A stretch of 64,000 bases of DNA, taken from Octopus sinensis. Its lineage: Eukaryota. The position numbers and the translations under genes were made by a program. This document shows positions 28,148-40,894 of this stretch, piece after piece (the first letter of the stretch is position 1; each line of letters starts with the position of its first letter). Where the stretch lies: positions 16,058,001-16,122,000 of the forward strand of contig NC_043015.1 of NCBI RefSeq assembly GCF_006345805.1. The letters run 5' to 3'. The notes under the pieces are model-generated. The model had not been told where the DNA came from and did no database searches. It was given only the letters and a program-made list of their open reading frames with translations.

Positions 28148-28196
28148 GACATACATTTTCTGTGTATCAATACCTATGACTGGTACTGGTTACTAT
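28148..28196 (+). CDS. Candidate signal-peptide exon (phase 2 to 0; (M)TYIFCVSIPMTGTGYY)
   Basis: ccctatttAG acceptor and TAT|GTAAGG donor. 49 nt, stop-free, and in frame with the 30138 exon. The joined N-terminus MTSVCMTYIFCVSIPMTGTG-YYQNPEC looks like a signal peptide. Confidence 0.4.
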
Positions 28197-28763
28197 GTAA
28201 GGGTTTTGGGATGTGACTGGAAGATGTCAGAAAAATATGTTGTCAACGTCATTTCTCAAAATTAAGACCACATGTTTCAAACTTGTTAGTAATGGGGCTT
28301 GGTTAATGTAAAGAAAGCTCTCTTCTTTTGCTTAGAGATATTTTAACAAAAAAACAAGAGCACAACTGTTTCATAGCTTTTTAATATTCCAGTACTTCTT
28401 GTTAATTATACAATAGGAAATGTAATAATATTTCTTTTTAAATTATGCCCCTGAAATTGCACAGCATATGTATGTATATTTCAATTAGGCATTACAAGTC
28501 TGATAACTTGGTGTAGAACTAAACATACATACACTTCAGAACAGTGTTAGTCGAGTACAGGGTGGTAATAAGATGGGATAATGAAGGAATAAACAATTAT
28601 CTTATGAACTTCATTAGCTCATATGATAATCATTTATTCTTTTGTCATCTCATCTTCTTATGTATATATATAAATATATACATATATATGAGTGTGTATG
28701 TATACACACACACACATACAGAGAAATAATTTATCACTATATTATATATAATGAACTTACAGC

Positions 28764-29150
28764 TGTAGTGCACGGGTGCACTACAACTCAACAGAAAAAG
28801 TAACCAAAACTGCATGAACAGTACATAGAATATGAACAGGAAGTGATCAGTGAAAAAGTCTTAGCAAAGAAGAAGAAGAAGAAACAGGGGTTGGGGGCAT
28901 CAGGTGTACTTTTGGTGAATTTCAGGAAGCACTGGAAGTTTTGAAGGATGTAGTGTGTGACAACTGATGCAGGTAGTTTATTCCATGGTTAAGCAATTCT
29001 GTGAAAAAATGTTTCTGAAAATCATGGATGCTGTGTTGTTTCTTTGATTTTCTAAGCATGTCCACGAGTGTTAGACATATGGAATTCAAAAAGGTGCCCA
29101 AGGTTGTTGTTGGAAAGATGGTGGATAATCTTGTGGGTGCCTACCATGTC
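28764..29150 (-). mobile_element. CR1-like LINE 3' end with terminal hairpin
   Basis: Minus translation TRGHA*KI..QHSIHDFQKHFF...PWNKLPASVV; perfect TGTAGTGCAC-GG-GTGCACTACA hairpin at 28764-85. Confidence 0.7.
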
Positions 29151-30137
29151 AGTTACTAGATGTCAGAAAACATGTTACATTTGTTGCATCTATAAACAGT
29201 CTCCATGCTAGGGAACCTCAATTTATCCTGATGTCACAACATTCTCATCACAAGCGAGGCTTTTCAATATTGATATCAAACACAGGCACAAAGTTATATA
29301 TTTGGGGTAGGAAGAGATATAGGGAGTTAAACTGATCCCTGTATTTGACTGGTACTTTATTTTATTGAACTTGAAAGGATGAAAGTTTATCTTTGCAAGA
29401 TTTAAATTTCATACCTAACCATTGTAAGGGATTTTGTCTCAAATATTATCAGTAACATTTCTGTTTGTTTAAATACTACATGAATAGTTTCTCCAAGCAG
29501 AATAAGAATTCATCTGCTACAAAGCAACACCTTAGATTTATTTAATTGTACGCATTTAGGAGTATACAATTAACTCTTCAAATATAATTAGGGTTATAAT
29601 TCTTAATTCTAAACAATTTTGTAAACACAAAGATTTCTTTGTGTTTTCACTAAACAGTGGTCACTATAGAAGACATGGAAAAGACAAATATCATTTGGTC
29701 TTTATGTATGTGCTATAAAGTCCTAATGGTATTTTCTTGTGACTAACGATATAACCACCTCCTACATTATTCTACTTAATTGATTTCAAGGGAACTCATG
29801 TTAGCAAGATTATGCTCTTTTTACAAAATTCTTGAAACATTTACCTTATGTGACTTCCATTAATTTCTCTTTCCATCACATATCATCATACATTCCTTTT
29901 TTTGCTTAAAATAAAATGAGACTAATTTAATTTTTCTTTTCGCCTATTCATCTTATGAGAGAAGGTACTGGGTGGACTGGGGTTATATATCTGCATGCTA
30001 AGAGCAGAAATGGATAAACCAGGTCTACACATCAATATAATAAGAACAGGGATTGGTTAGTATGTTTAGTGTTGAGTGAAAGCATGCTTTCTTTATTCCT
30101 TTATTAATTTTTTTTTCCCTCTTTTTTATGATTTCAG

Positions 30138-30206
30138 CAAAATCCAGAATGTGGAAGAATATGTGGAAATAACAGTTGCAAATGTATTGGAGAAAAGGGA
30201 TCTCGG
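30138..30206 (+). CDS. COL4A2: Collagen IV alpha2-like exon, 7S cysteine cluster QNPECGRICGNNSCKCIGEKGSR
   Basis: tttcAG/GTaaat, 69 nt, phase 0-0. Four Cys followed by GEKGxRG is the collagen IV N-terminal pattern. The alpha2 subtype is inferred from motif spacing. Confidence 0.9.
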
Positions 30207-31179
30207 GTAAATACATTTTTATATTTTCTTTTAATCCTGTTTTTTGATCAGCATATCAAATGCCTGAAATAAGTTTTGTCACATTTGGAGTCAATTCATG
30301 GATTACAAGAATTAATATTCCATAAGAAAGAAAACATAGCTCTTTGCTCTATGCTGAGAAATAATTTTCCTTGATTTTCATCATTAGTAAAAAATTAATC
30401 ACACACTAACAAAGTATTTTGTAATATTTGAGAGCTGCAGCTAAATGAATTTTCACGATCTATCACTGAAACTTTTTGTTTGTCACATATATTATGCTGT
30501 GTCCTGAAATAAAAGTCTTAGCTTCCACTGACTCAGTCTACTAAGCTGTAAATACAAGCTTTGGATAGTGGTAATAGTTGTAAATTTCTTTGAGAGGGGA
30601 TGTAGTTTTTGTCCAGCTTAAACTGTCCTGAAAAGAATGGCTGTGGTTAACTGACATTAAATCCTGGAATGGAAACTGTCTCTCAACTATTACACACACT
30701 TTCCACTAATGACTAGTTGAAAGGAAAATTTTTAAATAAAAAATGTATATGTGTACGTATCTATTTATGTATGCTCTTTTTAAATGACCGGCAAAAGTAA
30801 TTTCTATTATTAACTCTTAAATCACTGTATTGCAACTACCCACAAATTTTGCCAAGTCCTGAACTGCACATAACTATACTGCTTGTCATTGCTTAAGGCA
30901 AAAAAACAGGGAACTGAGATAAGAACTATACTGTGTGAGAAACAAAGTTTGGCCTCATTTTAGCAAGAACTTCTCATCAAAAGGCTTCCTGTTTACCTCA
31001 TGTGCTTATATTTGTTGTTTATTCAGTGAATTTCTTTGGCTGTTTTTCTTGATTCAGTTTTCAAGCATCATGTGGGGTGATACATTAAGTGGTGAGTTAA
31101 AATTCAGAAATATTACTTATGATTTAATTAGAGATAGAGAGCTTGAAGTTAGTTGTAGAAAATAATTAGAGAGATATTT

Positions 31180-31450
31180 CGGTGTACACACCAGTGATTG
31201 GAATGATTCTGAACTTATAAAATAAAGTTGAAGAAAATACTGCCTTAAGACATCAATAGAGGAGGTGAAGTCATATATCAGAGTGCTGGTTGTGATGGGA
31301 GTTGTACAGCTTCCAAGTTACCAAGACTGCTGAAAGAAAAATCCACTCTGAAACAAGAAATCAATGCCCAGGAATCAATAATATCTTGTAAATTTATGTG
31401 AAAACATCTAATTGTAATCATCTTATATCTATTCAACCTACCTGAGTGGA
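31180..31450 (+). mobile_element. piggyBac-like transposase relic
   Basis: TSIEEVKSYIRVLVVMGVVQLPSYQD* and MPRN resemble the N-terminal block of piggyBac/PGBD transposases; many stops. Confidence 0.45.
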
Positions 31451-32034
31451 GGACAGTGACATAATAACAGGTAGAAACTACATTTGCCAATGTACAGAAA
31501 TAATCACAGCTTCTTCTAAGTTTCATCCAAATTTATGCAATAGTTATATTTTTATGATATTAACACAAGACTAACAGCATTTTCATCAAAATCTTTAATT
31601 TCTAAAAGAACTGATGGATTTACATAGAGCTAGTACTATAAGAATTCAAGAGTTACTAGAACTCCAGAGCCAAAGTTAACTTTAATGACAGCCACTTTCT
31701 AAGGAGTAAAACAATTAAATGTTATTAAGAAGTTGAACTCAAGAAAATTTGTAATTATTATTGTCATTCTAATACAAGGGTCTTTTTTTTAGGTATTTTT
31801 CTAAGATATGTGTATGTAAAATGAAATTAACTGCAGCCTTCAAAGTGAACAAAATCATGTCAATCACTCTAAAATTGTTTCATATTGTACTATATACAAA
31901 AATTTATGCAAAAAATATTTATTGGATCAATTGATATCAAGGAATATATAGAAGTAAATATACTGACATCCACAAAAGTAAAATTAATTATACAAATCAC
32001 AAAATTAAAGAATTTTATTCAAAACATTTCCACT

Positions 32035-33067
32035 TGTAGGAATATGACCGTATGTGAGGAGGTTGGTGATATAGGTCCCCTTTTGTAAGCCACACGGTCG
32101 CATTCCTAACAAAATAGGATAAGCCATAATACAACTTATATAATACAGTGCCAACAGAATATAAATGAATGACGACAAGCCATTCCACTGTTTGAGAGAA
32201 GAGAAGATTTTATTAACAAAGTGTTAAAGTTAGAGTGTTGTGAGTGCTAGCAAGTGTTGTGTATGTGTGCATGCAACAAGTGTTTGTGTCTGTGTGACAG
32301 ATACAAAGGTGAACGTGTATAACACAGAAATACAGACTATAAGATGAAAGTCTCAGCCTAGTGTTAAGATGGAATTTAGATTACCAGTTCATGCATGAAG
32401 TACAGGATATGCAAGAGTTCTATACAAGAAGTTGTGTCTTGAGGCAGAGGCATGTTTGGTGAAAATGCTGTGACATGGTTGTAGCCTCAAAGCCGAGCTG
32501 GGTCTCTTAATATAGAATTCTTCAGATGGACTGTTTTACTTGGTGAAAGGTTCACTCTAACAGCGTGAGTCTGTGTAGTTGGTGTGTACATATCTGAAGT
32601 TGACGATGGTAGGGACGACATAAAGTTGGTACGATAATGCTGACGACGGCGGCAGAGATAGAAGACGCTCTGTCTGTCGTTGGTGTATAATAGTGTCGTA
32701 GTGGCTGGCTGACTGGTTGTCTGTCGCTGGAAACTGGAACATGGCTGAGTACGATGCTGGTCAGTGACTAGACTGGACCGTAAAAGGTCTTGAGTCAAAG
32801 ACCCTGTATACTGAAAGCAAGCCCTTTATATAGAGGAGAAATGGCTCAAACAGAGCCTAAGAAAAACAGTGTCACGAAACCTTAACCAAAGGCCATGATT
32901 GGTTGGCTTTGCAGTGGCGCAAAATAAGTAGAGACAAACCGCGCCACATGCCAACCAATCAGATCAGCGGACACAAAAGGAACAACCCAGCCAAAGATGG
33001 CTGTAATCTCAAACGAGATCATTCCTGTTGTGTCTCCCAAATAGTGAGGATATCAGATACTGCTACA
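32035..33067 (-). mobile_element. Solo LTR (1033 bp), antisense within the collagen intron
   Basis: TGTAG...CTACA termini, perfect 4-bp TSD CACT (32031-34 / 33068-71). On the minus strand: CCAAT boxes (about 32896-32960), TATATAAA (32825-32) and AATAAA (32209-14). Confidence 0.85.
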
Positions 33068-36000
33068 CACTTAAGGTTGATGAAAAATAATGTTGTTTTT
33101 AGTTTTAATACAACACCATCCTAAATATCAGAGGTTTTAATGTAAGAATAACTTGGATGTTGCCTTCAGAGGCTAAGTGATTACTGCACTTTATTCATTA
33201 AATAATAGAGAAGAATATTTTAAAATGTTGACAAGAATTATTACAGATCAAAATTTCATGTAAATGTTTCATTTGCTCCACAAGAGAAGTCAAAGTGGTA
33301 ATTTTTAATTTTTACACTAGTCATGAAAAGAAATCTGGAAAATTTCATCTTTCAGCATTTCCATTACTTCAAATGTTCTCCTGAGTTATGAAGGAAAGAT
33401 ATTTTGACAGTCTCCTTTTGAAAAGCACCTTTTATATATTGTTAACATATCATCTTTGCTTTGAATAGAGAGAATAAAAACGTTACTTTTTAAAAATACC
33501 AGCCATGTATTTTAAAATTAACATGCTGAATAGAATTGCAAAATGCACGATCTCCCCACCTTTTTTTTTCTCTCTTCTTCATTCTTCAGTTATTCAGTAT
33601 TTTTTAAGAACTTTGCCATGAGATAATCACCAAACTTCTGTACAAATAATACTTCTAGACCAACCTCACATTTGATGAACAAGTATTTTAGAGAACATAT
33701 TTAAAAATAAACCAATTCATTATATGAACTTTAACTCTAAATACTGATAATTATATAAAACTTGAAGTTCAGATTTAATTAGATTTATAATTTAACTCTT
33801 AATTACCATACACTCGACCAGTCCTGAAACGATATCTCAAGAATCAAATTAACAAGGGAGAAAACTCCTGTCTTCTATCGTTCATATCTGTTCTACAACA
33901 AAATCATTACAGGATCACTGTGTTCAACAGGACGTTAACAGTTAAAATATAATTCAAAGATAAATATCCAAATAAGTTAAAATAATTTATTTAATCTCAA
34001 ATAATCAAAAATTTATTTTCTTACTGGAAAAACACAGAAGAATTTTTTGATATTAAAAAATTCATTAATTTAATTAAGAAGTGAATTTAGTACTTTATGC
34101 ACTAGTTTGTTTACTGAATTCTTTGAAAAAAAATCTTTTGTTTAGATTGGATAACTTTGACAGAAGAGACACAACCAAATGAAAACACCTCAGTGTCTCA
34201 AAGTCCTGTTAACTTAATGAATTGAGTGTGTTGTGTACACACACCTTCAGAAAGGAGAGCTTGTTCTCTAAAGACAAAATGCCACCTCAATAAACATATT
34301 CATGTTTGAATCTGCCAGAATGATTTGCAAATTAATATGTATGTCATTTTTGCTACTCCTCTATGTAATGTGACAATTTAGTCTTGCAGCTTATAATTTA
34401 AAGAATTTAAATATAATTGCTGACATTATATCTTTTACATGCCCATCCGAATCACCTTGCTTGACCCTGTGACCTTCCTTTAGAAATTTCTTATATTCAT
34501 TCATAACAAAATATGGAAAAATATATTTATATATTTTTTTTTTTAATTAACCATTTGATTCTTGGGGAGGTGTAATATTGATACTACATTACTTATTTTG
34601 ATTTATGCAAGAAATATAATACTCTAGATTTAGCAGTTTTGAATGGAAAAACTTATTACTCTCTAAAATTTTAACACTTGACTTGACATAAAATTGTATA
34701 TAAAACATAGTTTTGCTCTCATGACAATGAACTGGTGTAAGAATCAAGAAAAACAGTATAAACCTACAAGCAAAAAAGAAAGAAGCAGATCACATATTAA
34801 TAAATTTGAATAATGCCAAATTAGAACAAAACAGAATAAATATATATATAAAAAAATAACACAATGTCAAGCAATAAAAGCATCTTTTCATTTCATGAAA
34901 TATACATGAGTGAGACTCTGAGCAAAGTGTTTCATATACTACATACACGTAGTACAAGATTTTAATTTTACCTTATTTTAGTAATTTGCTAATGTTTCTT
35001 TGAACTCAAAATATAGAAATATGAAGCACTAAACGTTGTTAGGCCTATAAAGTGCCACTGTATAGCTTCTGTCACTCCACCACTCTTTCTAATTTTGACA
35101 CAGTTTTGAATAGGAGAAGACATTGACATCAGTACTTGACTGGTACTTTATTTTATCGCCCCTGAAAGAGTGAAAGGTAAAGCTAACCTTGGCGGAATAT
35201 GAACTTGGAACATCAGGAATTGGAAGAAATGCTGTTAAATATTTTGTCCAATGGGCTAACGATGGACCAACTCGTTGACCTTCTTATGTTGTCTGATAAC
35301 AAAACGCTTTGTGCGGAGATTTTCTGTAAAGTATTGAAAAAAAATGTCTTGCAACCATCGTTTATAGGGTTAAGTTTTCTTTTATGATTCTATTCACATA
35401 TACATTTTATAGGAGTATTAAATTGATCCAGTTCTTTATTTTCTTTTTCCTTTTTTATCTTTTCTGGCGTTGTCAAAGATTTTGAAGTTTTATAGAATTA
35501 AGTGAAAATTTTCAAAATTGATACATTGATGTAATTTTTCACACTGAATCTGATTTTGTGATTCATTTATTCCAGAAAAAAAAATTTTAGAAAAATTTTA
35601 CAGAGGTTTAAAATTTTGGAAAAATGTTTACCCAATTAGAAGACAGAATTTGGAAGCTAGCAGTTTTTGTGTGATAGCTATCACAAAATGAAAGCAAAAA
35701 CATTACAATGACAAAATGAAAGGTGCTCCAGCATGGCCACAGTCATTGGACTGAAACATATAAAAGAATAAAAGAATTACGATGATAAAAATTGAAAGAA
35801 GTTTTAATTAGTTTTCATGAATAAAATCATTTTAAATGGTTAAACAGGCATCTAAATAATATAAAAAGGAAAAATAATTCTTAATGAAATAAGTTTTGCT
35901 TTCGAAAAATTACAAAAAGATTCTGTACATTAGGGTAAGGGTCATCGTCAAAGAAAATGCACAGATTAAAAGAAGATATTTGTGGTGGTTATGGTGATTC

Positions 36001-36105
36001 TGGAAGCAGATTACAGTTTCATTTCTTACTATGGAGACAGGCACCAGTGGCTTTCAGTTGGCTAAAATTACCCAAAACTTGCCAACTTTAAAAGCTATTA
36101 ATGCT

Positions 36106-36136
<31 letters not shown>

Positions 36137-36499
36137 TGTGAAAAATGAAATTCATTTTGATAATTAGCATACAAAACTAAATCAGTACACTAAATTTGAA
36201 AACAATTGGAACAAAAGTTTTTAAAAATAGAAAACTGACAGCAACAGAAAAGACCCTTTTGTAAAGAATCCTGTATAGCTTACTTAATGAGGATATACTG
36301 TAAGAAAGCCACAACACTGTGGTATTCATCTCAAGAAAACATCACATATATATGTGCATCAGTAGCAGGTGAAAAGCATCCAGCAGTGGTGGTGGAATTG
36401 CTTGATTCTGTATTCTATGTATTTGGTTATCATCAGCAGCAAGTTTGCACTGTCAACCGCTTAAACAAATTTCACTTCTACTTTATACAGAAATGATGT

Positions 36500-37180
36500 T
36501 GCAAATATTTTCTGCAGAAATTTATTTTCCCCCAATGTAGGTGGAAATTTTCCCTCCAATATAGGTGGCATGTGTTACACAAATATCTGGAGTTCAAACC
36601 TTCCAAATTTCACTTGGCACAAGAGCTAAAACGAAAGGACAAACCAAAATGAAGAGAGTTCTGTGTGGATTTGCAAGCACAGCTCAAGGTGAATGGTTTC
36701 ACAGATAGACTTGTGTTTACTAACGAAGCTAGGTTTCACCTTAAAGGCAAAGTGAACTGGCATAATTTGAGATTTTGCGGCTTGGCAAATCCACATGCCA
36801 TACTGGAAAGTAAACACGATTTTCCAAAAGTAAGTTTTCTGCATCATGACAAACCAAAGAGTGTTTGGGCTTTACTTCTTCACCGAGTCCTCTGTTACAA
36901 GGTACACCCATCTTGACATGCTGTCCATTTGGTTATTACCCTGTTGGAAGAAGAGATACTCAACTTCATTTTGCAGCAAGATGGGGACCGGCCACATTGG
37001 CATAGACACCTACACAATTACCTAAACCAGTATCTTCCAGAACACTGGATTGGCTGTGCTTGGGTGAATGATTTGCCAATGATAGACTGCCCCTTCCAAC
37101 AAGTCATCCAGCCTAACGCCTTGTGACTTTTTCCTTTAGGGGTATCTGAAAGACAAGGTATTCATGCTATCACTTCCACA
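36500..37180 (+). mobile_element. Tc1/mariner transposase relic, DD41D (rosa/Visitor)-like
   Basis: VFTNEARFHLKGKVNWHNLRF..NPH, QQDG..PHW...YLN..LPEHWIG, then LTPCDFFL*GYLKDKV; frameshifted; about 41 residues between the 2nd and 3rd catalytic positions. Confidence 0.75.
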
Positions 37181-37378
37181 TGACAGCCACATTAAGGTGA
37201 CCACAAGCAATACTTGATACATAGATTTAGATATATGTGTGGATGTGTGTACAGAACAAGGGAAAGAAAAATTTAATTTTTAAAACATTCTTTTAGTTTT
37301 AGCTTTGAAATAACATTGTCAATTGCTTTGTAATTTAGTTTTATATTTTGCCAATTTTCTTTTTCTTCTTATGTAAAG

Positions 37379-37513
37379 GGTCCCCATGGACCAATGGGAC
37401 CACCTGGACTTCAAGGGGTCCGTGGCTATCCAGGACCCGAAGGACTGATTGGACCTAAAGGAGAGAAAGGAAGAGCAGGGCCACCAGGACCAGTTGGCTT
37501 AAAAGGAGACAGA
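37379..37513 (+). CDS. COL4A2: Collagen IV exon [12 protein letters not shown]...GLKGDR
   Basis: AG/GTaata, 135 nt, 15 perfect Gly-X-Y triplets, phase 0-0; overlaps ORF 37394..37576. Confidence 0.95.
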
Positions 37514-37738
37514 GTAATATATTTTAATTTTATATTCAATATTTCTTCTGAATTCAAAGAAAAAAGACATTCATAAAAATAATTCACAATTCTTTCATTT
37601 AAAAAATGGCTTTTCCATTTTATATTCATCTAGAAACTTTTTGTGATAATAATGATAATAATGTTTTTTTTTAACCTTTGAAAATTGACTGATTTATTTG
37701 TTTCACCCTCAGTTGATTCCAAACTTTGTTATTTTCAG

Positions 37739-37783
37739 GGAAAAATTGGTATCCCAGGTTTCCCAGGTGTGAACGGAATTCCA
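37739..37783 (+). CDS. COL4A2: Collagen IV exon GKIGIPGFPGVNGIP
   Basis: ttttcAG/GTatgt, 45 nt, Gly-X-Y, phase 0-0. Confidence 0.95.
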
Positions 37784-38121
37784 GTATGTATCCTTCAGAT
37801 TTTCTAATTCTTTTAATATGTAAAATTTTGGTATATTTAAAAGTATCTTTTTACCCATTTGAATAATTTATTAAGTTAATCATCAAACAGTTGATCGCCA
37901 ATAATTTATTTATTGTTTTATATCTAATAGTGGGAGGCTTAGCCCAACACCAAGTTTATTGCAACTACTTGGTCTTTAGACAACGTTAGTGCATTTCATT
38001 TTGTGGAAAACTTTCAGGCTAGGCCTCCAGTTTAAAGATAACTTCTCCACTTCTACCCACCAATCTTGAATAAATAAAAGAAGGGAGGGTCTTCCCTTTA
38101 GTCCCTAACTAACTAACTAAC

Positions 38122-38157
<36 letters not shown>

Positions 38158-38208
38158 TGATGATGATGATGATAATAACAATAATAATAATAACAACAAC
38201 AATAATAA
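38122..38208. repeat. (TAA)n/(TGA)n/(CAA)n trinucleotide microsatellite
   Basis: Direct reading; abuts the R4/Dong-like insertion. Confidence 0.95.
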
Positions 38209-39333
38209 TGTCAATAATTTTGACAATGTGTAGAGTCCACCATCCGACAAGCTGATATCAACAGGCTGTACTTGAGGAAAGACCAGGGTGAAAGAAGCTT
38301 AATAGAGGTAGAAGAATGTGTACAGATGGAAATAAGAAGCCTAGTAGAGTATTTACAGAGCAGCACAAAAAAACTACTAAAGACAGTAAATAAAGAACAG
38401 GTGATCAAGTGCGTAATAGGAGAAAAGGAAAAGAATGAAATACAAAGAGAGCACATCAGACAGATTGAAGAAAAACCCCTGAGTGACCAATTTTGGAGAG
38501 CCACTGAAGACATATGTGGAACAAAATCCTGGGCCTGGTTAAAAAAAGGGGCAATTAAAAAAGAAACAGAGAGCCAAATTGTAGCAGCCCAAGATCAAGC
38601 AATAAAAACAAACAACTTGAGAAAATATATATATGAATAGAATGTGTAAGAAAAATATAGAGTATGTATTAGAAAATGTGGAACTTGGAATGAGACAGTG
38701 GCACACATAGTGACAGAATGCCCCAAGTTTGCACAGGAAGAACATAAGAAATGGAGACAACCAGGTTGTAAAATTTATACACTGGAAAGTGTGTCAAAAA
38801 TGAGAATTTGAAGCTGGAAACACATGTTACAATCACTGAGTTGAAAGAGTATTGGAATTGGAGAAATATAAGATTTTGTGGGACTTTCCTATTCAAACAA
38901 ACATGAAACTAGAAAATAATAGACCAGACATAACAATGATAGATTAGGAAAAACGAAGTTGCTTACTGATCGATCTATCATGCCTATTTGATTCCAGGAT
39001 TGTAAAGAAAGAAGAAGAAAAACAAAATAAATACAATCCCTTAAAATTTGAAATAGGAAGAATTTGGAACATGAGAACAGTAAAAGTCATGCTTATGGTA
39101 ATTGGTGTGTTGAAACATACAAATAAATGGTTGAAAGAGATTGGAATAGAAACCATGGTAGAGCTCCTACAGAAAGTTTATCTCTTAGGGATAGCAAGGA
39201 TTATCAGGAGGGTTCTAAGTACTTGAAAGACTGCTGAAAACTTGTGAATACCTAAGGCTTCAGGTAGTAACCCACTACCCACATAAATCCTACCAGGAAT
39301 AAGACCGAACCTGAGCCAAACAAAAATAATAAT
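38208..39333 (+). mobile_element. 5'-truncated R4/Dong-like non-LTR retrotransposon (RLE type), copy 1
   Basis: HHP..DINRLYL, LKKETESQIVAAQDQAIKT, CCHC knuckle (..C...ETVAHIVTEC), NRPD at 38918-29, KEEEK..KY..LK, LQKVYLLGIARIIRRVL. Starts in and ends with (TAA)n. Confidence 0.88.
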
Positions 39334-39680
39334 AAAAGCACTCAGAGAGCACAAACCTCCACCAAGGCAACACCAACATCTTCCCAACGATTAGCCAGAG
39401 AGGATTTTCAAAATGAGAATATCTGAAATAAGCTTGACTCCTCTCACAAACGAGAATGCTAAAAATGAACCCAGCCACTCTCAAAACTTAAGTAAAAAAC
39501 AGGGAAAATAATTCAGAATCGTTATTCAGCACCAGATCAATCCCAAAATCTAGTCATTTCTTGCCAGTCACGAAGTCAAACATCCCTGAAAGTTTCACTC
39601 AAGATATCCTGTCTGACGAAACAAACGAACGAACACGACTGAAAACAATACCTCCACCTTTGCTAAGGCAGAGGTAATAA
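39334..39680 (-). mobile_element. Helentron-type non-autonomous element (HINE/DINE-1-like)
   Basis: Minus strand: 5' ACCTCTGCC..GGTGGAGGT hairpin, GTTC/GTTT microrepeat, 3' subterminal GGTGGAGGT and a terminal stem-loop-like GTGCTCTCTGAGTGC; T-rich insertion site. Confidence 0.6.
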
Positions 39681-39718
39681 TAATAATAATAATGATAACG
39701 ATAATAATGATAATAATA

Positions 39719-40863
39719 GTTGGTGTTGCATATGTGGGCAAAAGCATCACTTCAATATGGAGCAGGTATTATAAAATGGCAAAAAAGAGAAATTATGAAA
39801 ATGGATACGAAGACCAGAAAAATGTTGACAGTACACAGAGCCTTCCACCCTAAGAGGACACTGATAGGCTGTACATGTCCAGAAGAAAGGATGGGAGAGA
39901 TTTGATGAGCTGCTAGGACTATATCAAAGCAGAGAAAAACAGCTTAGGGTAGTATATAAAAAATTCCATAGAGCCATTGTTGAAACATATGAAGAAGGCC
40001 AGTGTCATCAAAACTAAAAATTGTGTAATGAAAGAAAAATTTAAACAAGAAATGAACAAAAGAAAAAGAAAAAGCATGGAACAAAAAAAAAGTCAGTTTG
40101 TAAGATACAAAGACAGATACAGAGGACTGGTGGCTATGGATGAGGAGGGGTGACCTGAAGAGACATAAGCACTCATATGCAAACTCAAGAATAAGCATTA
40201 AGGACCAACTATGTGAAGTGCAGAAGGGACAACACTGCTGACAGCAACAAATGCAGAATGTGTGATGAGAGGGGTAAAACAGTATGGCACATCGTTAGTG
40301 AATACACGAAATTGGAACAACATAAAAGATGTTATGGGAAATCTGTAGAAATCACAGCCTAGAAAGAGCAAAGACATGGTATGAGAAAACCCCAGAAGGA
40401 GTTACCAGGAATGAGAATTGCAAAATCCTGTTGGATACAATGATCCAGTGCAATCACCTGACCAGACATTGGAAAATAGACGTTGTTGGTGAATAAAAAG
40501 GAAAGAACATGTATGATAATCTACATTGCTTGCCCTGACAATAGAATCAGTGTGAAAGAAGAAAAAATATACACCTATGATGATTTGAAGTGGGAAATAT
40601 AATGTTTGTGATCAATAATGAGAGTAGACGTGATTCCAGTAGTAATTGGTGCGCCTGGAAGTATAAGATTGGTGCAAGAGTGAAGGTAGTACTCTTACAA
40701 AAATCAGCATTGCTTGGAATTGCAAAAATTTTTCGCATTCTTCTTGAAGCACGACCAGTAAACAAGTGTCACTTTAGTCTGCTGGCTGTGGACAGCTGAC
40801 ATTTACCCAGCAAACGACCATCACCCATCATACCCAGCAAAATAAGCTTTGAGTTTTTATCTA
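39719..40863 (+). mobile_element. 5'-truncated R4/Dong-like non-LTR retrotransposon, copy 2 (different subfamily)
   Basis: LQYGAGIIKW...DTKTRKMLTVHRAFHPK, CRMC..KTVWHIVSE, LQKSALLGIAKIFRILLE. Flanked by (TAA)n and (TAA)(TGA)n. Confidence 0.88.
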
Positions 40864-40894
40864 ATAATAATAATGATGATGATGATGATGATTT

